Shown here: one piece after another, positions 38,791 through 50,950 of the stretch
Layout: each line of letters begins with the position of its first letter
How positions within the stretch are numbered: the stretch's first letter is position 1
Source: Glaucostegus cemiculus
Taxonomy: Eukaryota
Reading direction: 5' to 3'
NCBI GenBank assembly: GCA_976551045.1
Contig: CDPCPM010000231.1
Span: 3,596,001 to 3,660,000 of the forward strand
Length of the DNA stretch: 64,000 bases
Translations under genes and position numbers: made by a program
Notes under the pieces: model-generated
The model's database searches: none
The model's input: only the letters and a program-made list of their open reading frames with translations
Told to the model about the DNA's origin: nothing

Positions 38791-41700
38791 ATCTGAAGCT
38801 TTTCACTGTATTACTTTGAATATTTATCGTCAATTTCATGCATCTAGATGCTTGCAATAATCGGTTTCTGTGGCTCTCCTCAAGTATCAGCACAGTGAAT
38901 CAAAGTGAAGTTTGAGGAGAACAAAGGAAAATGTTGGGGCAGGAGGTGGGAGGGGAAATGTGGAGCAAAGAAACGGCTGAAGAACATTTTCTAAAGGGAG
39001 GCTTTGAAGCTAAATTAACAAATTTAGAAGGATTCACTGAATCTTACCAAAGTTTGAAAGATTTGATGTGGTTCCTAGAGAAAAGCAAGGCTGATGGATA
39101 ATAATCTGTTGTCAGAAACATGGAAGGATATTTGAGGATATAAAGATGGAGAAGACGACATGGATGAGAAGGGAAGAAAGCCCAAAAAGACTTTTACTTA
39201 AATGGCATTTAAAGTCAGCATTGCTTAATCACCTATGGAGAACCTAACAATGTAGTCACTGTCATGATGTTAGAAAATATGTAGCCAACCAGCAAATATC
39301 AAGAGCAATAAATAATATTGGACCAGAGATAAATATAGACTAGAACACCACATTTCCTCTGCTTTTCTTTCAATAGCTCCAGAGGATCTTCAGCATCTTC
39401 AGGAGAACAGATACTGCTTTGACTGAATCTTAGCTCTAAGTGACAGTACCACTTGGAAACATAAACCAAGATTATGTGTTTAAAAATCCCTGGTGTGGAG
39501 CTTAACAAAGGAGGCAAAAATGCTACAACTGAAACAAATCTGTCACCACCAAAGCATGAGGAATTTGCAATAAACTAAAGATTAGGATCTTGATGCTACA
39601 TGATTAGATCCATGAACTTCATAGAGCTTGATAAGGATAGATGAAAGTATGCTACACTTGGTGCAAGGCTGCACATGACATGAAGTTCCAAATACCACAA
39701 GTGCATAGATGATGATGGCATAATCATGAAATTAAAATAATCAACATTCAGAACCAGCTGTTTCAGTGCAATATTACTAATCATGCTTGACAGACCAGTA
39801 ATTACACAGCATTATTTGTTGGTAATATAAAATTATACATTTGGAAATTTGGAAGAAAGCCTCTTAATTGAGACTTTCTCCTCTGTTTACAATTTGACTT
39901 TAAATGTTTTTTGGAGCATACCACACAAATGAAAAGCGTTTGATTTGAGGGCACAAGTACCAAACTACATTATGTATGTAATTCAACACATGGATCATTT
40001 TAAACAGCAAATTCCTAGAACCCAGTCTAGGTAAGAATGGTGCTTAGGGAGTGTAAAATGACAATTATCTTGGGTGAGGGGAGGAGAGATGGGGAGTGAA
40101 AATAGCAAAGTCACTAACCTTGGAGCTACCCTTCTGAAACTGGCAAATATTTTCTTCAAGACATGCAGCTGCACTCTGGAGTAACAAGGAAATGCAAGTT
40201 CTAACTAAGTGAAGGGAAATCCCATTATTGAGCCTTATAGCTACTGTACCATACTATCTAGAAGAAAAAGGATATGTGATAAATATATGCATTTGTACCA
40301 AATGTGTAATTGTGAAATGGGCTAGTGAATCACTATCAGAATGAAAAAGGCAAGTAAAATAGGCAACCAATTATTGTTTAAGATGGCTAATACTATACAC
40401 GCCTGCCTCATTTTGCAGTACGTGACCTTCCTTCAACCAAAGCTTGAATTCTTCTTGAGAAGTACCCATAATTTACATTTAAGCCATGTATTATTAAACA
40501 TAAAACAAAATGGCAAAATGTATATAATTTTAACATCAGTCTGCATTGTCACTAGATATGGTATGATATTATTGAGATTAGGAACCATGATACCAATTTC
40601 CTCTTAATTTATCATGAGATTGAATACAATTTATAGGTCATCTTATTAATGAACTGCTGCAGCTGCTGTCTTACTATTTTTGCTTTTACTGCTATGTCTT
40701 CAAACATAGGAAATATTATCAGTGACACTATTTTAGAATCATACTTTTTAAATAACTCCTAAGTATTGCTTTGATGTTGACACATATTAGCCATACAAAA
40801 TATAAGTAAAACAGAATGTAACTTGTTTAACTGAAAACATTCTTCAACATAAAACCTGACTGACCTGTTGGCAAAATTGTTGTATGTTATTTTATAAATA
40901 TGCTTTGTTGCTCAAGGCAAAAATTGATCATAATTTGAGAAATGAAGCAGATAGGTCCATGAAGCTTTGCAAATCAGAACCTCACAAAAACATGATTTCC
41001 CACAGGAAGATAACTGAACACATGCCAATGAGAATCAGACTCATGCACTCATCTACTAGATATTTTCCCAGATATTATAGTTTAATTTACTTCAGTAATT
41101 TAACCAATGCAAATATTTAACTACAATTTTTAAAATACACCACTTTATAAGTATAGTTTTGTAAGCCTGAATTTGACAACATTCTTAATACAAGGTCAGC
41201 ATGTTTGTTTTACATCAATCATTTCAAAAGAGATCGTATCTTTCACAATTTTCCCTTATGTTTTCAGAGGATGCTTACCTTCTTCAATTTAATTACTATG
41301 AGCATGGTTCAAGACTAAAATTCTTTACAGCATAATGCTTAAGGTAAATAAAATGGTACAGCCTATTTCAATTCACAAAAAAATGCAAATGTATTTAGCC
41401 AACCATAGTTTAAGAAAAAAAGTGTTTAATTGATAAAAGTCAAAATTCTAAACTTAAACCATAAAATGGTTCATTCTCCATTTTGTCTGTGTTCTACCAT
41501 GAAAGCTTACGGTTTTGAAAAATACAAACTCAAAATTTTTAATGTATAATTAACATAATTCACTTAACATTTAAAGGAGAAAAATGCTAACTTTAGTTAA
41601 TTTAACTATGAAAAATCTACATTGTTATTAATAATTCTAACAGTTTTAATTTGCATCAACAGCCTGTAACTTTTCTTTGTTATCCAAACCTTTACATCCT

Positions 41701-44429
41701 TCCTAATATTTCATTGTTCTGTGATGATGTAAAATTGACCCATTCATCCCTTGGTCTCCGAAAATGTTGACATATTGGTTAAAGGCTTCAACTCTCACAA
41801 AATGTTGCTACTTCTGTATGTGTAGCCTACTTAACATCCAGTCTGGCAAACCAAATCCCACCAATTAAACTGTTAAATTAATTCAATGTAATCAATCCTG
41901 AAAGGTCAAATCTTATTTCAGTGAAAAGCAAATGAAAAGTGAAATAAATAGTGACTGTCACTTCCTTTTTCATTATTTTCAATGCTCCATCCATGTTTAC
42001 GGCACAAATTGCATACATGGCCCAAATTTCTCCACAACAAAGTATATTTCAATACTATTTGGGACAACAACTGTTTTATTAGCATCACCGCAGGAACAAA
42101 TAGTGGCCAAGATGAAACGAAACTATTTTCATGGTACCTTCAATGCTCACTTAAACAGGGAGAATGGATCTCGGCTAAATCCCTCAAATGAATGAATATG
42201 CCTCTGACAACAGAGCTTAGGCATTGAGACTTGAACCCATAACTTTCCATATCAGAAATTATGGAAATATCCTGTATCTATATCCTGTAATTATGAAAAA
42301 AAAACTCTTTCACTTCTATGTTATGTCAGATAAAATTTGGAATGCGAAACTGTACAAATGAGAAAAGCAATATGCCACAAAATTACACAAACAAGTAAAC
42401 CAATGTGCCAATTCACCTTGTAAGATTTATTGAGCTTCATATTAAAAAAACAGCCATGAAAGTTAACTCAGAATGCTGACTTGTCTCCCATGCTCACTTG
42501 CATTCCTTACAATGTCAGCTTCAATGGCTATTTCCTCCCAGTTTCTCAATTATTGTTCAAACAAAATTAAAATGAACAAAAAGCAAATGAAGGAATATTA
42601 AAGTTAAAGTTAATCACAGTTAATAGTTTTGGTGGCTATGTTGAAATGGTAATTCTTTGTCAAACTGCATTCTTAATGCTATTTCAAGTCAAGTTGAGTT
42701 TCTTGTCATATGCAGAAGTATGGTGAGGTGTAGGTACAACGTTATTTCATTACCAAAGCACATTTCATGCTGCATAGATCTATTAGTTAATTAGTAAATC
42801 AAAAATTATTGATCGCTTAGTGAAAGCAAGATTTATTAGTATTGCTGGTTTATTAGACAAAGGGCAATAAATTTGGAAACAGCCCCCAGTTACTGGCTAT
42901 GTGTTTTGCCTGAAAGAACTACAATCATTGGTCAACAACAATGCATGTGCACTTTCCAGCCATAGATGTGAAAATTACTCTGTTGACTTGATATAAAATA
43001 CCTAGAACACCAATATGTAAAATGGTGGCAGGATACTTTTTTTACAACACGTCAGCAGTTCAATGGATTTCAATGAAGACAATTGTAACTTTCTCCAGTT
43101 ACACTTACTGAGATTGACTAATAATGAGGGCTTAATTTGCTGATTTAAATTTCAATTATATTCATGCAATAACTGGATTTTTAAAAACTTAAAATAACAC
43201 TCAATGCTTATTTAGTAAAAAAAATCAGGAACTGTGTCTATAATTCAAATACTTAGTTTTCCAAAGTAATGCAAGTTGACTTGGCCAATTGACCTTGATA
43301 CGTGTGTTCTTTGCAATATTTCAGGAAATATTTCCAACTCTTAAAAGCTAATAATAAATGAACACTTCATCATGTAGCATACATGCAATATTATATTTAA
43401 GATACAAATGAGAATTGTCTTAAAATTTTAAATGGAATCAAGTATTTTACAGGAAATATGAAGCCTACTATTATAGAATATCTAGAGCTATATAGCATGG
43501 AAGCAGGCTCTTTAACCCAACTCATCCATGCCAACGAAGACATCTATCCTAGCTAGTCCCATTTGCCTGAAGTAAAACACCAATAAAACAAAATTCCCTG
43601 TAAATAATCCGTTTATCTCATTCCTTTCTAAAAAGGCTTAGTTGTAAGAGAACCACTAAATTCAGATCTGTGACACAAAGGTCATACAATTTCAATATTC
43701 TGAAATGCTAAGAGTTCGATTTAAAGGTTTTGTTAAATAGAAATGACCGCAAACAGAGAGCACTTAATAAATATCCATTAGTCCCATATGCTAATCATTT
43801 CTAAGTAACAGACAGTCAACGCTTCAAAGATGGTTAGCACTGATGATAAAACTATTTAAAAGCTACACATTAAACTCAAATGCTGCTTATTTATTTTGTA
43901 CAAAATATATAAACAGATACCAAACATTCATGCTTTTGATAGTACTATCAATCAAAGGCATATATTTTGTTTCATCTAAAGCTTACAAGAATACAGCAGT
44001 CCTTTACATGTATTACAAATGCATTGAAACCTTTGTTTCAGTTAATCTGATGTTGCCAACTATTGTCGTTGGCATTGACAATTTCCCAACTGGTGCCCTG
44101 GCATGTGATAGGAAGAGTAGATTTTTAAACTAGTGAAATGATGGGCTAATAATAGTATCAGTTACAGACATGGGAGTTTTAGAGGATCATAATATAAAGC
44201 TGTGACAGGTTTCTGGGTTCAGTTTGCATGTATTTACAATTAGCATGTACTTAGCAGTGACTATTTGGAAATGTTGGTTGATACATTGATACATGTTACA
44301 GACATTTGATCAAGTAATTTTCATAACTGTACATAACTCTACATAAATGTATTTGAGATGCGTGGTTCTTACCTAATTAGAATTATGTGGGATGCCCCAT
44401 TATTTTAGTTATATTTCACTGCCCAAATG

Positions 44430-44805
44430 CCAATCTGTCCTCACCACCTCTTTTCCTTTATTCCATGCACCACCTTACTCTCCAATCAGATTTCATCATC
44501 TTCTGCCCTTTGTCACTCCCACCTATCACCTCCCTGTTTCTAGCACTATTTTCCCACCCTCCCCTCCCCACCTGTCTATCACCCCTCCTCATCTGGATCC
44601 ACCTGTCACTGCTAGCTCTTGCTCCACTCCTTCCCCCCCCCCCCCCACCTTTTCATACTGGCCATCTCGCCTCTTTCTTTCAGTCCAGATGAACAGTCTC
44701 AACCTGAAACATCTACTGTCATTTCCCTCCATAAATGCTGCCTGACTTGCTGAGTTTTTTTGTGTGTTGCTCCAGATTCTAACATCTACAGTTCCTTGTG
44801 TCTTT
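44430..44805 (+). mobile_element. Penelope-like 3' terminal region with type-I hammerhead remnant
   Basis: C-rich tract, then CAGTC-CAGATGA-A-CAGTC-TC-AACCT-GAAAC-ATC-TACTG (44681-44718) and the tail gctgcctgacttgctgagtt...tgttgctccagattctaacatctacag. Confidence 0.75.
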
Positions 44806-45699
44806 ATAAAAGTACATTCTCTCACTGCAATGTGTTGAGAAGAAATCTGCAGAGAAACTCCACACAACCCTATATATCTGATTATATAATTCCTAGACTC
44901 ATTACTGCTTATTGGGCCATAGACCTTTATTTTACATGTATAGAATTTTCTCAATTTTTATTCCTATCCAATCACAAACAATATTTCCAAACCAACTATA
45001 GATTTCAAACATTGTTATTAGTAAACATAGCTCAAGGGATTTTTCCACAAATAAGATACCTTAATAAAGCATTTGCATAGCTTTAATTTCATGCACAGCC
45101 AGAAGAGCAGCTGTTGAAAATCCATGAAAGTGAAGCTAGCATGAAAATTTCCACCTCTACTGACCAAATTGTCTTCACCAGTCTTTACAAATAGCTTCTG
45201 GATCCGCGGTCATACATCTAGGTAGCTGCAAGATGCTGTTCACAGCTAACAACATCCATATTTTCCAGCAGGTTGCCATCACACTGTGCCGCAAGACAAA
45301 TGAAGAGGGCTTTGCTTCCGATTAGTAAATTTTTAATCATCAGCAGCAACCTCCACCACCCCCCTCCCCAACCTGCACCAAGTTAAGTGCAGATTTCTCA
45401 ATGTAAGTTCTATCAAAGATACTAATTTTCAACTGACTGTTCTCTCCTCCAATGCTGACCACTCTGTCATATTTCTCCACTATTTTTGTTTTACTTTCAG
45501 CCAACCAGCATGTGCCTTTTTTTTGAAAAAACTTCTGCAAATTACTCTTTTGTTTTCAGTGCACAGATAAAGCTTCTGCAGACAAAAAACATGCTTTAAT
45601 GGCTGATTGATTCCAGTACAATAAATGAATTGATTTCTTCAGCATTATTTAAATCTGGCTTTAGACCACACTGCTTCCACATCTTGCAAAAAAAAATCA

Positions 45700-46470
45700 A
45701 GTTGTAAATGGTTTATTATTGTCACATGTACCAAGGTACAGTGAAAAAACTTGTCTTGCATAGCGTCCATACAGATTAATTCATTTCAACAGTGCATTGA
45801 GGTAGTACAAGGTAAAAGCAATAACAAAGTGCAGAATAAAGTGTTACAGTACAGAGAAAGTGCAGTGTAGGTAGGCTGTAAAGTGCAGGGTCACAGTGAG
45901 GTATATTGTGAGGTCAAGAGTCCATCATATCAAACTAGGGAACCATTCAATAACAGTGGGATAGAAGCTGACCTTGAGCCTGGTGGTATGCGCTTTCAGT
46001 CTTTTGTATTTTCTGCCCAATGGGAGGGAAGAGAAGAGAGAATGTCCCTGGTGGGTGAGATCTTTGATTATGCTGGCTGCTTTACCAAGGCAACAAGAAA
46101 TGTAGACAGAGTCCAAGGAGGGGAGGCTCGTTTCTGTGATGTGCTGAGCTGTATCCACAACCTTCTGCAGTTTCTTGTGGTTATGGGCAGAACAGTTGCC
46201 ATCCCAAGCTGTGATGCATCTGGATAGGATACTTTCTATGGTGCATCAATAAAAATTGGTGAGGGTCAAAGGGGACTTGCCAAATTTCACTCCTAGGAAC
46301 TTGATACTCTCAACCCTCTCGATCTCAGCACCACTGATGTAAACAGGAACATGTGCACTGCCCCCCCCCCCTTCCTGAAATCAATGACCAGCTCTTTTCT
46401 TTTGCTGACACTGAGGGAAAGGTTGCTGTCAGGATACCATGTTACTAGGCTCTAGCTCCTTCCTGTCCTC
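45700..46470 (-). mobile_element. Rex1/Babar-type LINE 3' portion
   Basis: Minus ORF 45925-46158 TAQHITETSLPSLDSVYISCCLGKAASIIKDLTHQGHSLFSSLPLGRKYKRLKAHTTRLKVSFYP is the Rex1 ORF C-terminus; 3' UTR extends to ~45700. Confidence 0.88.
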
Positions 46471-48550
46471 CCCACGAAAATGACATTTCACATGTGGCAG
46501 ATCTGAATTTGATTCACTTTGTTACACTTGAACAACAGAAATCCTCTGCCACAACCTATTTTTTTCTGAAATTACATAAACATTACAGATAACATTTTTA
46601 TTTTTGCTTTCCACAACTGAAGTGCCAATTAAAATGGATAGTTTTGAAGTCAATGGGAAAAGAACGAAAAAAAAATTGGTCAGTTATTTTCAAATTGGCC
46701 TGCAGCATATAACAGTTACTAAATTAGAAACTCTTGTCAGATTTCTAATTGGTAATGCAGATCAACACAAAAGTCCCCAATCTCCAAACGTGACGGAAAG
46801 AGATGTCAAATGAAGGGGTTAAAATGTGTACGAATTATTATGAATGATACTTGATTCGGTTACCAGCCCTCTCTGTCCACGTGGGTCTGAGCTCTCAGGC
46901 ATTAGTTAAGTCCTTTGACAGCTGGCAACAATGGTCACATTTTCAATGCACCTTCACGACTCACAGTCATGGAAGGCGCTTTCTCCGAGCAATGCTTTCT
47001 CAGGTAACTTGCAACCAATAATAACAACACGCATTGAAACCAAAATAGTTTAGTTCCCCACAGCGACTCCTGCGAATAGTTTGTCGTCATGAAGGGTTTA
47101 AAGCAATGCACTGTTTGTGCCAATGTGACCAAGCACCTATGTGAAAGGAACCATCTGCCCTCGGATGATCCCAACATCAGTCGACGCTCTGACCTCACTC
47201 CCGGTCGATTTTTACCTCAAACGATAACTAAATCTCACGCTCCCAATCCATCCGGTCCACTGGGAGTATAATCGTGAGATAAAAGTCTACATTCGGCTCT
47301 GTTTAAATTCCACAGAGACTTGCAGTAAAGCCTTGGCCAAACTGCCGAGGGAAACGGAAAACCTCGACCCCACTGATCGGTGAGCGAAAGTCGAGATGTG
47401 CCCCGGCGATTCATTTGTCCAAAAGGCGCCAAAAATCAGGATTTAACCTCTAATAACCGCACATTGGCAACTTCGGTCTGACCTGGCAATTAACCACCTG
47501 AATTATAACGGACATCCTTTCACCAGAATCCCGAGAAGAATGATACTGATAACATAAATCTCTCCCTCCCCAAGTCCCGGCAGCGCTCCACGATTTGCCC
47601 TCAGGCTGGTTTTTAAATATTCATAACGGGCGGCGGTGGGACAACTTCTGCTGAGAAGCTCAGAATTGTTAAATGCCGCCGTAGTGGTTTATTCTAGTTT
47701 TTTTTTAATTCCATCATTCGCTGTTAAAAGCGATTTTAATATCAATGTTCCGTTGATCTGCTGTCCCGCTGAGATGCGGCAGTACCATCCACATTGTATT
47801 GCTTTGTTATTACGCTCAGAAAATGTTTTTTTTAATCAAAATCATTCCTCTTTTGAAGCGTGCACAATCTGTTTTTAATGATTAATGGAAAGGAATGCTC
47901 AGACCTACTTATCCTGTTTACAAATTTATCCGTCTCTAAACTTTACGCAACTCGGACCAACATCCAGATTACAAAGAGTGACATCGGAAGGCTACAAACC
48001 TCAGCCAGATATAAATGGGCAGTATTCTATAGGGATGTGTCTATGCGTATTCATAATCTTTGTCTGCGTGGATAACAGGTTTATTTTGTAAAGACAATTC
48101 AAATATTGTGACCAGCAGATCCAAATAAATGGAAAATGCAATAAGATGAGGCAAAACAAAGGCTGGGATAGAAAACTCAGAGACAATGTTTAAAAACGTT
48201 TGCGGAAGGTTAAAAAGGAAAAGGTAACGGGAGCACAAAGCAGTCGGGGAAGCCAGTATTTCTCCGAGCCAAGGACGTATTTAACATGAGCAAGGAAAGA
48301 GATAATTAAAAATAGACAGCCCAGTTAGAACGGACGAGAGGAGCAACTCTCGCCCTCAAAGAAGCGGCGACGTTATCATGTTACGCCGGGTCAGTTCTTC
48401 GCAGCTTTTTTGGACACATCGCTTTGCATTCTGCACCGACCCCAGTCACAGGCACCAACCGCACTCTCCCAAACTCATTGCAATTCAATAGCAGGAGGCG
48501 GGGGGGGGGGGGGATACAAATCACGCAGAGTAAAGCCACAATTCACTCAC

Positions 48551-48587
48551 CGACGCCGTATTTTTCATTGTCCGTAGGTATCCACAT
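48551..48587 (-). CDS. DOCK4: DOCK4 (dedicator of cytokinesis 4) coding exon 1
   Basis: Minus strand reads ATG TGG ATA CCT ACG GAC AAT GAA AAA TAC GGC GTC G|GTGAGT = MWIPTDNEKYGV, followed by a canonical phase-1 donor. This matches the DOCK4 N-terminus (human MWIPTEHEKYGV). Head-to-head with ZNF277 as in human. Exon 2 (VIASFRG...) was not found in the window. Confidence 0.93.
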
Positions 48588-49001
48588 TGTCGAGACAGAT
48601 AAACGGTAAATGCATATGTTTGCACAACAATAAAACTTGTCCCCTAACGTGCCCCAGTTACTGAGCAGTTTATCCGCGGGACCATTGTTCAGACTCTGGA
48701 CGGGCAAGAACCCTGAGGGCGCAATGACTGCTGGGAGCTGTAGTCCCACTCTGCGGCGACCATGACGTACCCTGGGAACAGTAGTTTCCCCGCTGGAGGG
48801 CGGCGCGTTGTTTCCTGGGAGATGTAGTCCCCGAACCGGAGCCCTCGACTCCGCGCCAATGAGTGATCGGACTACAACTTTCCCAGATCACCGCGCGAGA
48901 TCACCGCCGCCGAGTTCGGTTCGCGATTGGCTGCGGATCGGTTGTTATGGTTTCGGTGAGAAGGGGGTGGGTGACGTACGGCCGATGAGCGGAGTGGCGT
49001 G

Positions 49002-49038
49002 ATGGCGGCCCTTGGTACGGCCGGCGCTGGAGAAGGTG
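49002..49038 (+). CDS. ZNF277: ZNF277 coding exon 1 (probable)
   Basis: gtgATGG (strong Kozak) MAALGTAGAGEG in the CpG island. Two phase-1 donors (G49035|GTGGTA and G49038|GTAAAA) are both compatible with exon 2. Human ZNF277 also begins MAA. Confidence 0.75.
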
Positions 49039-49494
49039 GTAAAACCTGCAGCGTGAACCGTTCCTCGTGTTGGGGTAGGGGGGAGGCGAGCGCCTTGTCG
49101 GTGGTGGGTTTGTGGTGAATGGGATGGAGCTACAGCGACAGTCAGTGGGTGGACGTCAGTCGTGGACGGCGTCGGGTCCCTGGGCCATGTTGTACTGGAG
49201 CAGCAGCCGTTGTACCTTTAGACTGCAGGGGGTCCCGCTGCACCCAGTCACCGGCTTTCTGCAGAACATGCCGGGGGGCGTCGGGGTTATTGTCTGGTAG
49301 AAAATCCCGGGATCCCAGCAGCTCAGCCTGCGTGTGCGGAGAAAGGGTTGGTGCCTCACGTCGGTGACTGGGATCATTTTTGGTGTCGAAGGTCGACGTG
49401 AGGAGGAGTCGAAGGCCAGGTGGATGAGTTGAGATGGGCGAGGGATAAACGTGTTGCAGTTCACTTCTCAGAAGCAAGGATTCCCTAGATGTTT

Positions 49495-49700
49495 AAATCA
49501 GAAAATACTGGAAACGTTCAGCCGGCTTAAGGCAGTAACCAGCTGCTGAACCTAGCTGAATGTTAACGTTTCCGATGAAAGGTCTTCGACCTCAAACATT
49601 AAATCTGTTCTTTTTCCGCTGATGTCCTGAGTGTTCATCATTTTTTTGTTGACATTTTATATTTCCAGCATCTGCAGGCTTTATTTCTATTTTCAATTCT
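49495..49700. mobile_element. Inverted pair of Penelope-derived hammerhead elements
   Basis: Left arm reversed (gaaaatactggaaacgttcagc...gttaacgtttc), then plus-strand CCGATGA-A-AGGTC-TTC-GACCT-CAAAC-ATT and the tail atttccagcatctgcag. Confidence 0.7.
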
Positions 49701-50079
49701 TTATTCGCATCGATGGGATATTTGATTTTTAAAAAAATAACAGAACATTCCGTGGTACATTTCTAAGCAATGTCTCTGAACAGTAGCACATTTGAGTGTT
49801 ACTTGAATTTTTAAAGTGTGCCTTTGGAGTACTTGATTTTGTTCTTTAAATTCTGGCAATTCATGAATTCTCAATGGAAATTCCTACAAAAGAATTCTTG
49901 AAAATTCTAGTGTGCTGATGACTTTGCTTTTATAGCGCTGAAGTCAACGATACAAATCACAAATTTGCATTATCTTGCATATCTTTTTCCATTCTAGTCC
50001 TCGTCAATAAATAATATTATAGCATTTGAAATGTGACACAATAATATATGAAGTACTTGTCAAATCTAGCCTATGGACG

Positions 50080-50950
50080 TTTTATCATTATTTAATCTTT
50101 GGATGCAGGCAGTGCAGGGAAGACCTATTTGGCTTGAGAAGGTGGCGGTAAACTGCTGTAGTCCTCTGGTAAAGATCTGTGTAACATGCCTTTTTGTGAT
50201 CAGTTCTGGTGTTCAGATGCAGTGATGAAGGAATGCCAATATATTTCCAGTCAAGATGGTATGTGACTTGGAGAGAACCTGCATTTGGTTCCCAAGTTCC
50301 TGCTGTCATCCCTGGTGGTAGGTGTCTGAGATTTGATAAGTATTATCATTGTAACCTTGAAGAGTAACAGTATTTTATTGATGATGCACATTGCAGCCAT
50401 TGTGCTCCAGTAGTGGAGGGAGTGAATGTTTAGACTGGTGATTTCAACGTCAATCAAGCAAACTAATTTGCCCTGAATGCTGTCAAGCTTCCTTAATGTT
50501 AGTTTTGCACTCCTGGAAAGTGAAGAGTGTTCCATTGCACTCGTGACTTGAACCTTGTAGAAGGTGAGAATATCTCATGGAGTCACGTGGTGAGTTATTC
50601 ACTGAAGGATACCCAGACTCTCATCTGCTTTTCCAATGACACATTTTACACAATTTGAGTCACTGCTCTAGTTGAATCTCCAGGAAGCTGATGATGGGTC
50701 ACTCAGCAATGATTGTGCTGCTGAAGACAAGAGTGGATAGTTATACAGTTTATTGTCAGAGATGGTCATTGTCCATTGATTGTATCGTGTGAACATTACT
50801 TTCCAGTTATCAGTACATATCTGAACATTGTACAGGTCTTGGTATACTTGGGTGTGCTGTTTCATTTTTCTGGGGAGATGAAAATGGAACCGAACATTGT
50901 GCAGTCATCTGCAAACATCCCACATCGGACCTAATAAAGTAAAAGGCATT
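50080..50950 (-). mobile_element. CR1/L2-related LINE 3' part
   Basis: Minus ORFs QDLYNVQICTDNWKVMF and MEHSSL...LRKLDSIQGKLVCLI..LNIHSLHYWSTMAAMC; an FADD-like motif (tttgcagatgac) lies on the minus strand at ~50905. Confidence 0.75.

Larger units (their letters stand above)
48200..49480. promoter_or_regulatory. CpG island / bidirectional promoter shared by DOCK4 and ZNF277
   Basis: Sharp GC and CpG enrichment against an AT-rich, CpG-depleted background. The divergent start codons are at 48587 (-) and 49002 (+). Contains four ACTAC...TCCCAG ZNF143/THAP11-type motifs, two CCAAT boxes (48856 +, 48926 -), two TGACGTA CRE-like sites (48763, 48972) and a YY1-like GATGGCGGCC at the ZNF277 start. 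Confidence 0.88.

Noticed and set aside
48670-49477. Multiple overlapping ORFs in the CpG island
   Set aside because: Expected from high GC content; no recognisable protein similarity apart from the two first exons.
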